From the IMG/VR virus record IMGVR_UViG_3300022188_000015, positions 1-52,841 of that record: a stretch of DNA of 52,841 nt; one strand, given 5' to 3'. The DNA is from a virus (taxonomy: Duplodnaviria > Caudoviricetes). Both the position numbers and the translations under genes were made by a program. Positions 34,182 to 46,100 of this stretch are shown piece by piece (the stretch's first letter is position 1; every line of letters starts with the position of its first letter). The notes beneath the pieces were generated by a model. It was not told the origin of the DNA. It saw nothing but the letters and a program-made list of their open reading frames with translations, and did no database searches.

Positions 34182-34943
34182 TTATCCCTCCTTGTCGTGG
34201 TATGTTACAGGATGAGATACGAGTTTATCCCACAAGTCCTTTTGGCCGCTGTATAGCTCTAATGCTTGCCTGGCTGTGGGATCGCCTATCTCTATGGCCC
34301 TCAGTATCCATCCTTCCTTTATGTCGTTTATAAGCCATTGCGATTGTGAGAAATTTATCTCATTCAAGCAGAACAGATCGTCCAGTTGCCATTCAAGCTG
34401 TCGCTCTTCTTCAGGCCAATCGTCCCATTGATCAGAAGACTTGAGCATTTCCATCTCGGTACAGCCCCGTTTCAGGATCACTTCCACATCTTTACTGATA
34501 GCCATGTCAACGGCATCCCGCACTTGGCGATAATACTCTTTGCCTTCTTCCAGGCTATCGGCATACACAAAACCTGCCCAGGCCCCGTATGTGTAATTCC
34601 TTCTGTCCGCCCCGCACTTGGAAGGCAGGTTAAGAAGCGTCAACACATCGGCCAGCTTGAATAGTTCAAGGACGTTCCGTGGTTTGATAACTGTTTTCCA
34701 GCAATGAAAGCGGCACACCCTGGGGATAAGGCCAAATTTGCCACAGTAAATAGCGTTCCAAATCTGGCAGTGCTTTCGCCTGGCCTGCGGCCCCATGAAC
34801 ACCCAGGGCGAGTTCAACACCCCTTTAGGGTCTGCCGGTTCCAGCTTGCCGTTAGCGTTTATTTTGAACTGTCCGTTATTTACCAGTTCTCTGATTACTT
34901 TTCTGTACTTTTCATCAAAATGCAGCTTTTGATACATACTCAC
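34182..34943 (-). CDS. Hypothetical protein
   Basis: 253 aa; CRFHCWKTV, SKCGADRR, LKRGCTEME. Confidence 0.65.
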   Translation of the reverse strand: MSMYQKLHFDEKYRKVIRELVNNGQFKINANGKLEPADPKGVLNSPWVFMGPQARRKHCQIWNAIYCGKFGLIPRVCRFHCWKTVIKPRNVLELFKLADVLTLLNLPSKCGADRRNYTYGAWAGFVYADSLEEGKEYYRQVRDAVDMAISKDVEVILKRGCTEMEMLKSSDQWDDWPEEERQLEWQLDDLFCLNEINFSQSQWLINDIKEGWILRAIEIGDPTARQALELYSGQKDLWDKLVSHPVTYHDKEG

Positions 34944-34952
34944 CTCTTTTGT

Positions 34953-35408
34953 TTATGAAAAAGTAAAGATACCCGCAGGCGAAAACTCTAAGCTCAACGA
35001 GCCGGTTGTATTGCCTTTGTTAGAGCCAAAGTCATAATAGGCAATGACCGGCGCCGAGGCGTCAGCGGCTGCTTTTTTGAAAAGCAGGGCATATCTAGCA
35101 TCATCAAACCCGCTTGCATCCTGCGCATAGGCGGTAGGATCTGAAGCATCGACGGTTACCGTACCGCTTGATAAAGTAACAGTAAGGCCGGTCAAATCTT
35201 TTCTAGCGTAGTTAGTACCTACTACCTCTGCACTCGAAGCCACTGCATCTGCCACGTCTTCCCATGTCGCCACGTTTCCCGCAGGATTAGCGGTAGACTT
35301 GAGCAATAGCAGCGCAATACTGTCGTTGTTAAAATCTACAGGCGCATTTGGCTGTGACTGCCCGTCAAGCTGTGCTTGTTTCCATTTATGAAAAGCTACC
35401 CAGGCCAT
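34953..35408 (-). CDS. Virion structural (tail-associated) protein
   Basis: VDFNNDSIALLL...GTNYARK...IAYYDFG...GIFTFS pattern common in tail modules. Confidence 0.6.
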   Translation of the reverse strand: MAWVAFHKWKQAQLDGQSQPNAPVDFNNDSIALLLLKSTANPAGNVATWEDVADAVASSAEVVGTNYARKDLTGLTVTLSSGTVTVDASDPTAYAQDASGFDDARYALLFKKAAADASAPVIAYYDFGSNKGNTTGSLSLEFSPAGIFTFS

Positions 35409-35411
35409 CTT

Positions 35412-35675
35412 TTACACCTCCCCTTTCTTTATTTTGATAAGCATTTCAAGCTTATTCTTTATCCTGGTGAATTGTTCATGCTTTGCGCTTCCTTCAGGAA
35501 TTACACCGCTTTCAAGAACTTGTGTCACCCTTCTAAGCCTGGCCTCTAGCCGTTTGAGACTGGCAGCTTCAGAAGGGTTGACGTGGACCTCCCCGCCCTT
35601 GAAAGTGGTTTTTGCTACGGTGCTTTCTTCTGTTTCCTTTGGCTTCTTTTTTCCTCTAAAAATTGATAGTCGCAT
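35412..35675 (-). CDS. Hypothetical protein
   Basis: 87 aa between structural genes. Confidence 0.5.
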   Translation of the reverse strand: MRLSIFRGKKKPKETEESTVAKTTFKGGEVHVNPSEAASLKRLEARLRRVTQVLESGVIPEGSAKHEQFTRIKNKLEMLIKIKKGEV

Positions 35676-35697
35676 TGCTTTTCCCCCTCTTACCTCT

Positions 35698-37248
35698 TTA
35701 CTTAATTTTGAGCCATGTAGATAGCTCGCTTCTTACGGTTCTGCCTAATCCTCTCAAGGATTTGCCTATAAACTTGAGCGTCCCTTTTGCCAGAGTTATT
35801 ACCTCATTGGTACTGATCGCATTGCCAGCCCACGTTAGCACGCCTTTTGCCATACTGACCATTTCGCCTGTAAAAGCAGCAAGGCTCTTGCCTGTAAAGG
35901 TTAGAATTCCCCGGGCTAGGCTATACGTCTCGTTAAGGTGTAGCGTCCTGCCTGCCCATGAAAGCACACCAGCGGCAAGAGTAACGACATAACCTTGAAT
36001 AGCCTCTAGCTCTTTCCCCGCCCAGGTTAGCGCTTGCTTTGCAAGTCGTAGAGCCTCATTGAAAAACAGGGTTTTACCAGTAAAAGATAGCGCCCCTCTA
36101 TCAAGAGATATTGATTCGTTCAAAAACATGTTTTTGCCACTAAAAAAAAGACTTTTTCTCACCAAGTTGAATGCTTCACTGGTAAACAGGGTTTTGCCGG
36201 TAAATGACAGCGAAAAAGGGTCTAGATTGAAGGTTTCGTTCGTAAGTAAAGATTCCCCTGCATACTGTAAGCTCATGGCTGCCAGGGTAATAGTTTCGCC
36301 CCCACCCCCACTCACATACTCATCCGCCCCAATATCCCAAGGAGCAGAACGAGTTTCGCCGTCGATGTCGTCGGTGAAGGATAGGTATGGATCGGATGAG
36401 AGGTCTGTACCATAATCTTTTGCGCCAGTGTCTGTTGAATCAAGATGATAGTCATCGTTAGCTACGTCAACAAAGGTAAAAGTCTGGTTGGTCCTACTGT
36501 TGGCTCCAGGAGCAGTCGTATCACTAGATGCGTTGTAATCGCTATCAGAATCATATGTTCCGGTAAAATCTGATAATATACTTCCTGAACTTAAATTGTT
36601 TGTACAATATGTAGGCTGATCTACACCTTCGTTGTATACACCATAATAACAATTTATGACTGTGTTGTTATAGCACACAAATATAGGATATGAAGACGCC
36701 ATAAATATTCCATAAGAATAATCTCTCTTAAAATTATAAATAATATTATTCCATATGTATACAGTTTCTCCGTTAATATTCTGAGAATGTATGCCCTTCT
36801 GCCTATATAATGTTTGATCTTTATCACCTTTTATGATGCAATAAGCAATTTTTACACCATTTCCACCATTATTGTATATACCGTACTGGTCATGTGCGTT
36901 TGGATTTTGATATACTTGTAAACCAAAAATAAATACGTTATCTTCTAAATTATTAATAGCATGTGCTCCACTCACTTCTAATCTGTAAGCACTCGTATTC
37001 CACTTTCCATCATGCCTATATCCCTGATCTGGATCAGTCCAAATCTTGATGTATCTGGTGTCATCAGTTGTCCAACCATCAATAGTCATAGCAGTAGTAT
37101 CTGCCGCTCCTGTAGTACACCTGCAATCAGCAACAGCTATCTCGTCAGCGGTAACGAGGTCTTGTTGTTCGCCTGCTTCCCAAGCAGCCAGAGACGAATA
37201 ATCCCCTCCGCCTCCTGTGTCTACTATTTTTACAACTTCGGTAGCCAT
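35698..37248 (-). CDS. Tail spike-like beta-helix protein with C-terminal 20-aa repeats
   Basis: GGGDYSSLAAWE, NN-rich beta-helix, WDIGADE, then ExxxL...LxFxGKxL repeats. Confidence 0.65.
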   Translation of the reverse strand: MATEVVKIVDTGGGGDYSSLAAWEAGEQQDLVTADEIAVADCRCTTGAADTTAMTIDGWTTDDTRYIKIWTDPDQGYRHDGKWNTSAYRLEVSGAHAINNLEDNVFIFGLQVYQNPNAHDQYGIYNNGGNGVKIAYCIIKGDKDQTLYRQKGIHSQNINGETVYIWNNIIYNFKRDYSYGIFMASSYPIFVCYNNTVINCYYGVYNEGVDQPTYCTNNLSSGSILSDFTGTYDSDSDYNASSDTTAPGANSRTNQTFTFVDVANDDYHLDSTDTGAKDYGTDLSSDPYLSFTDDIDGETRSAPWDIGADEYVSGGGGETITLAAMSLQYAGESLLTNETFNLDPFSLSFTGKTLFTSEAFNLVRKSLFFSGKNMFLNESISLDRGALSFTGKTLFFNEALRLAKQALTWAGKELEAIQGYVVTLAAGVLSWAGRTLHLNETYSLARGILTFTGKSLAAFTGEMVSMAKGVLTWAGNAISTNEVITLAKGTLKFIGKSLRGLGRTVRSELSTWLKIK

Positions 37249-37249
37249 C

Positions 37250-37792
37250 TTACTTGGCCAGCTCCGCTAAAGTTGCTGTTATCTTTTGTGGTTTATCTGT
37301 TACGCTAATCTTGTCACTGGTTATTTCAGCAACCACCTCATTCTGTAGAGCATCCTCAATCTCCTCAACGTTAATCCTGTGCCTACGTCTAGCTACAACA
37401 TGTCTGATAGGCTCCGCTCTTGTTACAATCTGATAACTAGGTGTTAAACCGTAGTCTTGTAGCCTCTTCAAGACGGCGTTGGCTAAAGCCTCGCAGGCCT
37501 TAGATGCTGTCTCTGCGTCGGGACCTTCAGCCATCACCCCCAATTCAGGGGACTCAGCAATGTAACGATTGCCTAGCTCGATTTCGTCTTCTTTTGTCAA
37601 AAACTCTAATTCATCTACTTCTTTATCTGGCACACATAAAATGTAAAATTTCTTCTTGTTCAACTCCTCTTTGCCCCACTTCCAGCCATCAGGCTTACGA
37701 ACAACAACGTCGCCTTTCTTGTAGCATCCTCGCAGGTCTTTGACTGGATCAGGGTTTGTTGTATCTGAAGATTTGATTAGCAGTTCAGCCAT
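37250..37792 (-). CDS. Hypothetical virion-associated protein
   Basis: YKKGDVVVRKPDGWKWGKEE. Confidence 0.6.
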   Translation of the reverse strand: MAELLIKSSDTTNPDPVKDLRGCYKKGDVVVRKPDGWKWGKEELNKKKFYILCVPDKEVDELEFLTKEDEIELGNRYIAESPELGVMAEGPDAETASKACEALANAVLKRLQDYGLTPSYQIVTRAEPIRHVVARRRHRINVEEIEDALQNEVVAEITSDKISVTDKPQKITATLAELAK

Positions 37793-37802
37793 TCCCTACC
37801 TC

Positions 37803-39374
37803 CTACTCATAAGGTGTCCACCTGTTCTTTTTCCATTTTCCTATACCCCAGGGCGCACTTGTCCATCCGTGCTGTCCGCCCCATTTAGCCCTAAAATCAG
37901 TGTTGCGCTCATAGCACCCGATGTCAGGGTTGGTTCCGTATCTTTGTCTGTTCCCTGCCAAGTCTTGCCAGTCGCTGTCATGAATAGACAACTTCGTGCC
38001 TGCGTCGATGCAGGGGGAGTTGCGGGAGAGGTGGTAGGTAGAAGTGAGGAGAGGGTTAGATGTAAAACTGTGTGTATCTTGATTTTCAGTCGATTGATAA
38101 GACGCAAACTCAGACATTGAATAAGCATTACCTTTAAACCAAATAAAGTTATTAGTATTTTGACTGCGATACCAATCGTTATAATCAGAATACAAATCAG
38201 TAATTCGATTTCCTGGGTCATAAACCATCAATTCCCAACAACCTGACGTATCGGAGGGCATATCAGCATAAACAATATTATTTTCAACATAAATATGATC
38301 ACAAGCTAATTCTCCATCATCTGCACAAGCAATAACAATTGCTCCTCGACTATGTGTTGAGTCTTCAGCATCAATACCGTAAATAGTATTGTTCACAAAA
38401 TAGATATTAGTTGCTGTAGTACATTCTGTACAACCTCCTGTGCTGTTTCCGAGTTTCAATACACCTGCCAAAGAAGGCTGATCTTCATAGAAAATACTGT
38501 TATAGACAAGGTTATATGCTACATAATTGTCTTTGCAGTTTGTCCCTACTTGAATAGCCCTGGCACTACCGTTGTAGAAGACATTACGTTGAATTATTAC
38601 ATCTTCAGCATTGTAGGATGACACAATAGGATTTGGCTCAGCGTTTCCACAAGTATCAAAATTATTGTTTTCGATAACAACGTGTTTTATCGTTCGTGAA
38701 TACAGAGTGCCACCAGCCAATGCTATAACATGTCCGTCTCCATTGCTAGTTGTGTTGTCACAACGAAGAAATCTGTTGTTTCTAATATATGAAATGTCTA
38801 CATCGTTAGTATTGCAGTAACCACTGCCATCATGGTTGAACAGTATAACATGCTGGGCACTTTGAAGATCATGAAAGTAATTACCTTCAATTATACAATT
38901 GTTTCCATCCCATCCAATAACCCACTTCATTGATGTGCCAGAAACGTTATTGTAAAACTCACAGTTTTTTACAACAAAGTTATCAGCACTATATGACCTG
39001 ATCCCATATTCGGAGAAACCAGTAATTCCAATGCTCTGGATAGTTATTCCATCGTGTCCATCGGAATTATCTATGCACGTTGAATTTCCATTGGCGTCGA
39101 TTACTCCCTGATTCCCAGGATAGTCACCTCTAATAATTACATTGTCGGAGCCAATAGTTAGCTGCTCTCCAACATGTGTACCAAGAACCCACAGTGTGTC
39201 TCCAGCCTGCACTCCACCCGCACCCCAGACAATATTAGAAGATCCAACCCACGGACTATCTTCAGAGCCATCACCGTTTATCCCTGTAGCCGCACAATAC
39301 CAATCTGCTGCCCATCCCACCACCGCAAACAACACCATTACCAAGAAAACTGCTGTAAAGAAAAACTTCCTCAT
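37803..39374 (-). CDS. Right-handed beta-helix (pectin-lyase-like) protein with signal peptide
   Basis: MRKFFFTAVFLVMVLFAVVGWA|ADWY; many I.NN.F repeats; YHLSRNSPCIDAG...PDIGCYE. Confidence 0.7.
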   Translation of the reverse strand: MRKFFFTAVFLVMVLFAVVGWAADWYCAATGINGDGSEDSPWVGSSNIVWGAGGVQAGDTLWVLGTHVGEQLTIGSDNVIIRGDYPGNQGVIDANGNSTCIDNSDGHDGITIQSIGITGFSEYGIRSYSADNFVVKNCEFYNNVSGTSMKWVIGWDGNNCIIEGNYFHDLQSAQHVILFNHDGSGYCNTNDVDISYIRNNRFLRCDNTTSNGDGHVIALAGGTLYSRTIKHVVIENNNFDTCGNAEPNPIVSSYNAEDVIIQRNVFYNGSARAIQVGTNCKDNYVAYNLVYNSIFYEDQPSLAGVLKLGNSTGGCTECTTATNIYFVNNTIYGIDAEDSTHSRGAIVIACADDGELACDHIYVENNIVYADMPSDTSGCWELMVYDPGNRITDLYSDYNDWYRSQNTNNFIWFKGNAYSMSEFASYQSTENQDTHSFTSNPLLTSTYHLSRNSPCIDAGTKLSIHDSDWQDLAGNRQRYGTNPDIGCYERNTDFRAKWGGQHGWTSAPWGIGKWKKNRWTPYE

Positions 39375-39386
39375 AGTTGTGCCTCC

Positions 39387-39839
39387 TTAGTCCGAGCAGA
39401 GAACTGCGCTCAAGGAAGGGCTTCCAGTCCCACTCGTTTCAGTAGCCCTGATCTTCATCCACAGTGCAACGCCGTCGGGGTCAATGGTGATCCTGTCTGT
39501 ATCGCTAGACGTGATCCCTGTTGCTATGTCTGTTCCTGAATCCCATACGCTTGCATCGGGGAAGTTTGAGAAATAGACTGTGAATGTGAACGTCCCTTCG
39601 GTAACCTCTGGCTGCAAGGAAAGGATGCCGCCTGACCTTACCCGCCACAATGTGGTAACGCTGGCATTGTGAGCATAAGGCGAGAGAGCAATAGCGTTGG
39701 TCTCAACATAACTACCTGCCGTAACGCTCTGCTCATCCCAGATAAGCTTGCACTGCACTGATTGGCCTGCAAAGGCCGTTACTACCAAGAGCCACAAAGA
39801 TACCATTACGGTCAAAATAAACGCTGTTCCTTTCTTCAT
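39387..39839 (-). CDS. Hypothetical protein with signal peptide
   Basis: MKKGTAFILTVMVSLWLLVVTAFA|GQS; AGGGGG RBS. Confidence 0.6.
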   Translation of the reverse strand: MKKGTAFILTVMVSLWLLVVTAFAGQSVQCKLIWDEQSVTAGSYVETNAIALSPYAHNASVTTLWRVRSGGILSLQPEVTEGTFTFTVYFSNFPDASVWDSGTDIATGITSSDTDRITIDPDGVALWMKIRATETSGTGSPSLSAVLCSD

Positions 39840-39859
39840 TGCTACAATTCCCCCTTTCC

Positions 39860-40195
39860 TTAAAATGGTGTTCTGTCCCAATCCATCATTATCAGCGCTT
39901 CGCTAGGCGTAGTAAAAATGCACTCGCTGGCGTCTATGAACGGTATGCATCTCATGCCGTTGTACCTAGCCTCTCTAGCATCATTGGGATCAGCGACAGT
40001 ATCGCTATCGAAAATGATCCTGCCGTTTGCATCCCCGTCTCGCACCACAAGTCTGTCCCCCGCCTCGCTGGGATTGAACTGTATCCTGCGAAGCAAAACA
40101 AAATGCTTGTTGGTTTCCTGGTCAAGAATCCAATCTGTGGTCCCGTCTGGCACTATGCTTGCGCCATTAGGACTGGTAGTAGTTGTGTTAGCCAT
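39860..40195 (-). CDS. Hypothetical structural protein
   Basis: 111 aa beta-rich ORF. Confidence 0.55.
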   Translation of the reverse strand: MANTTTTSPNGASIVPDGTTDWILDQETNKHFVLLRRIQFNPSEAGDRLVVRDGDANGRIIFDSDTVADPNDAREARYNGMRCIPFIDASECIFTTPSEALIMMDWDRTPF

Positions 40196-40196
40196 A

Positions 40197-43100
40197 TCAC
40201 TCTTTACCCCCTTTCTTTTGTTTGGATCTGTAATACCTGATTTTAGCTATGCCTTTCGCATGAGGCAAAAACTTTTTCAGTTCTTGTTCGTTCATTTCTT
40301 TGAGCAGTGCGACTTGAATGTCAGCCGGAAGGCCTGCGAAAGCCCGCACATCAGAGCTAAGACGCAAGCTCTTTATAAACGTGGTTATGTTAGCCTTGAC
40401 TTGACTAGGTTTTGCAGCTAAGAACACGTCTTTATCAAATGCTTCTTTCCATGTCTCGTCTGATATTTTGCCAGTAGTGAGCCATTCAACCCGCATTTTG
40501 CGCTTTATCCTCGACCGCTCTGCCTCGTCTCTGGTCATGCGCTTATCTTTATACTCAGAGTAATATTTGAATATCTTTGACTGAAGAGGTGTAAGTCTTG
40601 CATAAGCAGGGGCCTTGGTAAAACCTATCTCGGACAGCAATAAGCTCTTTGCCCAGCCCATTGTTTCTGCGCCCCTTTTGGCAGACGACAGTGAAATAGG
40701 CGCAGCTTCCCCAGCTAGATACTCAAAGAACTGCTTGGTCTGAGTAAGTATCGGTGCATGAGGATCTCGTATATCTGTGCCATAAAAATCCTTGTTAGAC
40801 CATAGCCTCAAGATAGGCGCAATCATAGGATTGGCTTTGTTCCTGAACATATGAAGCATGCCAGTTGCAGGGCCTTCGGTCTTGATATGTTGCGCTATGG
40901 CCCCAAATTCCCTTGTGTAATACGGGGTGTTGAGCCTCGTCGGTGTTCCATCAGGTTCTTGATCGCCTGTCCTTGGATAAATGTAGTCGATCAGCTTTTG
41001 TGGCATAGAGCCTGTCAATGCCCAGGTAAGCAATCCGCCCAGAAGCAGCGATTGGATAGTGTAGTCCAGGACGAATACCATTCTACCTGTTATTTCTGGC
41101 TTACCTTCTTTCTTGGCAACCTTCTTGGCAAGTTCCTTGAAAAACCTGGCTGTATCAACTGCCGCCCCGCCGTACTCTCTCACAAACCCTAACTGCCAGC
41201 CCATAGACAGCATCGAGCCAATGCCCACGTCCTTCAGTATCGGTTTCCAGAACAGTGTCTTGTATGTCATTTCGCCAAACTGGTTATCTATGGACTTGCG
41301 TATCTTGGTAAACTCTTTCAATCTCTCGTTCGGCTTATCAGCAAGCTCGGGCCTTCTTGCCATCAAGTCTCGTACCCGCTTGAGATATGCCACTCTCTTC
41401 AATGCAGGGATATAATACTCAAATAGCCAGCTACCTGATAGCTCTACTACTCTTCTAACGCCATGTCCTAGAATGCCAGCAACATTCTTGCTAGCAAGAG
41501 CTTTGTCAAATGCTTCTTTAGCTTCCACCTTCCATTCATGAGGCATTTGCGTTGTAAAGCCGCCTTCAAGGATATACTGCACTGCTTGTCTATCAGCAGG
41601 TGAAAGCTCAGAAAGAGGCTTATCCAGCAGCTTGCCGAGGCGTAAGCCCTCTTTGACTTCCTTGATCTGTGTAAGTCCTGTGCTTACTTTGGCAAGCTCT
41701 TTTATAGCTTCGCCCCAGGATTTACCGCCTTCAAGAGCGTCAAGAATTATCCCTGTCCTGACAGCAGGCATCATGATTGTGCCAATGTGAGTAGCATGGA
41801 ATAAGCTCATGCCCAGCTTGATAGGGATAAACATATTCTTTGCTCGCATGAGCGTCCTGTAGCTCATACCAGCAGGCGTATCTTTTACCCACAGCGATTT
41901 AGGGCCTTCTAGCTTAAGCCCCGCATTTTCCATAAGAGGCACTATCTCTTTCTCCACGGCGTAGGCCTTGCCGTTAGGGGCGTCAATTACTTTCTTACCA
42001 GCAACGTCAGTCCCTTTCTCATATGGCTTTATATAGCCGTTTTTAATCAGGTTTTTGAGATATACCCGTTTGCCCGCATCACTCATTTTTTCGAGCTTTT
42101 CGGCACGGGCTTTACTGACCATATAGGTTTTGCCGTCTGGCATTTTGACAATAGTATCAAATTCTTTGGTAAGCTTAGTGCCTTTTTTATACGGCTCGGC
42201 CAGGCCATTTTCTACAAGCCAATCCATAAACTTCTGGCGTGTAATGGCTCTTAACCCCGAATTTATCCTGGCAATTACCATTTCTTCGGGGTTCGTGGTC
42301 TTTAGCTCTAACCCCAGCTCAAGCCCTTGCCTGATAGTGTCAAGTATTCTGCTACGGGTAAACGGGTCTTTACCCATTGTTTCTCTGAATTGCCTGAATA
42401 CTCTAGCTGCCTTATCAGGGTCTTTCCACAGGTGTACCCAGTAGTCTTTGATGTAATTTAGCTCTATACCTGCCTTTTTCTCTGCTTCGTATATCTTGTT
42501 GTACAGATCACGGTGTTCCGCCTTGATAGCTTGCAAGGTCTCGTAGACTTTCTTGTTGCCCCCTGCAAGTTCCATAAGGGCCTTGTTGTCGCCTTCCTCA
42601 AAGCTGATGATATACTTCAGTCTTGCCGATTCAGGCAGCTTGTCCCACCATAGCTTTCTCTCGTACAGGGCGTTCTTGATCACGTTCACCGCATGAAGCT
42701 CTTTAGCAACCAATTCGCTGGCCTTGGCTTCGGCTTCCTTGCCTTTCTCGTGAAGCAGCTCGGGGGCAAAAGCTTCTAGCAGTGCATTCTTGGTCTTGGC
42801 AAGAAAATCCTTGGCCTTGCTGTCCTTCACTTTTTCCATGAATGGCTTGATAGACTCAGGGGCTTCGGGTTCTTTTTCGGTTTCCTTTATGACCTCAGCG
42901 GCTTCCTTTAGCTGCTCGGTATCGGCAGCTTTGCCGAGGGCAAACCTTTTTTCACCTTCTACTGGTGAGCCATATTTTCTGTTTACCCCTGCTCTCAGCA
43001 TCCCTTTGATCTCATTTAAGGTGAAATTACCAGAATATCCTAGCTTCCTTGCAAACGCTTTTACCGCAAACACCAGCCTTTGCCAGATCCTCTTAGGCAG

Positions 43101-46100
43101 ACTGTCATCAGCTATCTGCTTGGCTATCCATTCGTCCACTGCCTGCCGTCTCTGCTCAGGCTTGGTAACATCCAGCTTGTAGTCCTTGGCGATAGGCAAA
43201 ATGTCGTCTTTGTGCTTGTTCCACAGGGTGTCAAGCGTCTGATCATACAGCTTGGAATCCAGAGCTTTCCTCAATCCTGCATGGCCTATCACTTCCTCGG
43301 TAAGGGTCTTCACCACGTCCTTATGCGAAGCAAGGTTTTCGGCTACAAGATAGACTTTGCCCTTGTAGAAAACGCCCTTGATAGGCTCTGGCCTCTGGAC
43401 CTCTTTAGGTAGATCGGATTGCTTCTCAACTACGGTGATCCCCGGGGTCTCTTTCCACTTAGCAGAAGCTTTCTTGACCATAAGGTCAACGAGGGGCTTG
43501 GTGAGGGGCTTCTCAGGGCGTTCACCTAGTGAGTATTGTTTGATGCCTGTTGGCTTTTTTGTAAGTTTGTCAATTACAACTAGTCTTGATGATGCGCCCG
43601 TTTGCCTAAAAGCTTCTTTCCCTGTAAATGATTTTGAGGGTAGTTTTTCGCTTGTGCCACCAACTTTTTTTAACCATTCACGAAACGCCTTTGCTTTCTT
43701 ATCGCTACGGAAAAATGGCCCTTCACTCATAATAGCAACCAAGCGGCCATGAGGTTTAAGTAGATCATAAGCATAGCGAACATGGTCAATATCTTGCCCT
43801 TTGCTAAAAGGGGGATTCATTATAATTCGGTCGTATTGACCTTTATGCTTTAGAAAGTCGCCTTGCTCCACATCATAGCCTTTTAGCTTAAGCAAATCAT
43901 TGAGTGCACTGCTAATTTCGACCGTCTTTAGTTTAACCTTTTTATATTTTTCTTTAATGCTATCTGCTATATCACCTTTACCAGCAGAGGGCTCAAGAAC
44001 CGACATGCCGGGCTTTATTTCAGCGATATTAAGCATTTTTTCAATAATAGGCTTAGGTGTAGGAAAGAAGTCTACCCCTACGTTTTTACCAACCAACTCT
44101 AGTTCGGCTTTTTTAATTTTTTCAGTGCGGATTTCTTCAGGCGTTTTTTTCTTTGACTTCCCAAGAGCTAAAAGATCTCTTTTTGCTTGTTGAAATTTGT
44201 TGTCATTATCAATTCCAGCTTTTACCAGTCTTTTGTTGTCCTGGACAGCGTGTAAGTTGCGAGCATTAAATTTTGGGAAATCTTGCCATCGCAACAACGC
44301 CTCTACTTGCGCCTTGTTTGTTATCCCACTTAGGCTGCTAGGTAAGATTTTGTTTTCAATAGCATCAGCTAAAGCATACAGCTTGGCTTGTATGTGCTCA
44401 AGATGTTCAGCATCTTGAGCCATACCTGCGGCAATGCGAGCACGTCTTGGGGTAAGTCTAAGTTGACTTATTGCAGGGTTGCGTTTTTCGTCAATTTGCT
44501 TTTGTAAATTATTTGCAAGTTCCCTAAATCTTGCAACCTTTTTTAGGTCTGTTTTTTTAGGTTTAATAGGTTTGCTTTTCTTCTCTTTTATCTTTGTTTC
44601 CTTTTTAATCCGCTCTTTGCCCTTCACCTCCACATCAGGAAAATTCCTCTTAAACTCCTCACTTCCATACTCTCCATAATCCTTGGCATGGAGCTTATTG
44701 TATTGTTCAGGGGTGAGCTTGTTTTCTTTGAGGGCACGGGAAATAAACTCTTTGCGCATATTTTCAGGACTAGGAGCTATCTTTTCAAGCAAATCAATTG
44801 CCGCCTTCTTCGCTTTGGTTTGCCTGCCTTTTTTTAAATCTAGCTTGGCTTGCTGTATTTCTTCTAGTGTCCACTCAATTTTATTTCGATAATGTGAAGA
44901 TTCATGGAACAATTTGTCTAATATTGCTCGCTTGGCAGGGACATCTCTAACAGGGAACAATCTTTTTCTTGCCTTCCAGTATTCTGCTTCAAATTCTCCC
45001 CTCGTCATCTCCCAAGGCTGTTTGGCTTCAGCTTGCTTGGGTGTGGGCTTTTGTGGTTCAGTTTTAGGTTGCTTTGATTGGACTGCTTCCTTTTTAGGTG
45101 CTTGTTCAGGTGTTTTTTCCAGTTGCTTCCATAGCCTATTTAGCTCAGGCATCGTCTCATTCTTCAAAAGGCCTAATATCGTCTCTTCTTCAACAGAAAG
45201 TTTTTTGTTTTTACCAAGTTTTGCTTGTAACTCATCTATAAGTTTTTGAGTTTTATTAATTCTTTTTTCTACAGTCGCTTTGTCTTTTACTTTGATTGGA
45301 ATTAAATTGCCGTATTTTTCAGAGCGAATATTGGTAGCAGAAGGATGACCAAAAACCTCCAAGGAAACAACGCTTTCCCCAGGTTTTTCTCTCCCTTCCA
45401 ATAAAGCTGTCCACTCGTTTAGCTTGTCATAGAGATGTTGAGGCACTTTCTGTTTATTAGCCTTCCTAGTGGCTATCTGGTCTTTTACTATCTGTATTTT
45501 GTCTTGAAGGCTAATTTCAGATTTGGCTGGCCCCGCCTCTTTTTCAACGGCACCGGGTGCTGCCTCCATACGTGGTAGAGCAGTCTCCTTCGGCTTCCCA
45601 ATCCACCCCTCATCCACCTTTACAGGCTCATGTGTATCAAGCAAACCTCGCTTTCTAAGCTGCAATACCAGCGCCCCTTTGATCTTGAAGGGCTTGCCTG
45701 ATTTAGTGGTTACCTCTTCAATCGTCTCTGCCTCTTGTCCGCCTCTACGAATTCCCTGCACACCTCTACCGGTGGGCATTCCTTGCCCTTCTTTTCCAGG
45801 AACCTCCTGAACTTCGGGTTTAGTCATGCCCTCATGAATCGGGCCTGCTTCTCGCTCTTGCTCGGCAAAACGGATCACCTCCCTCGGCCCCATAGTGCGG
45901 GGCGTCCAAATAGTTGGCTCTTCAGGTACGGCAGGCTGAACCTTTTCTTCTACACCTGGCTTACCACCTCCCCTACGTTTAGCTCTTTCAAGAAACGTCT
46001 CTCTAGGCGTAATAAGCCTTGGTTCTTCCCGCTCAGGTGCAGCAGGGGAAACATTTATAACCTCACCCCTCGGTAATCTGCCAAACTTGGCAACCTGTTC

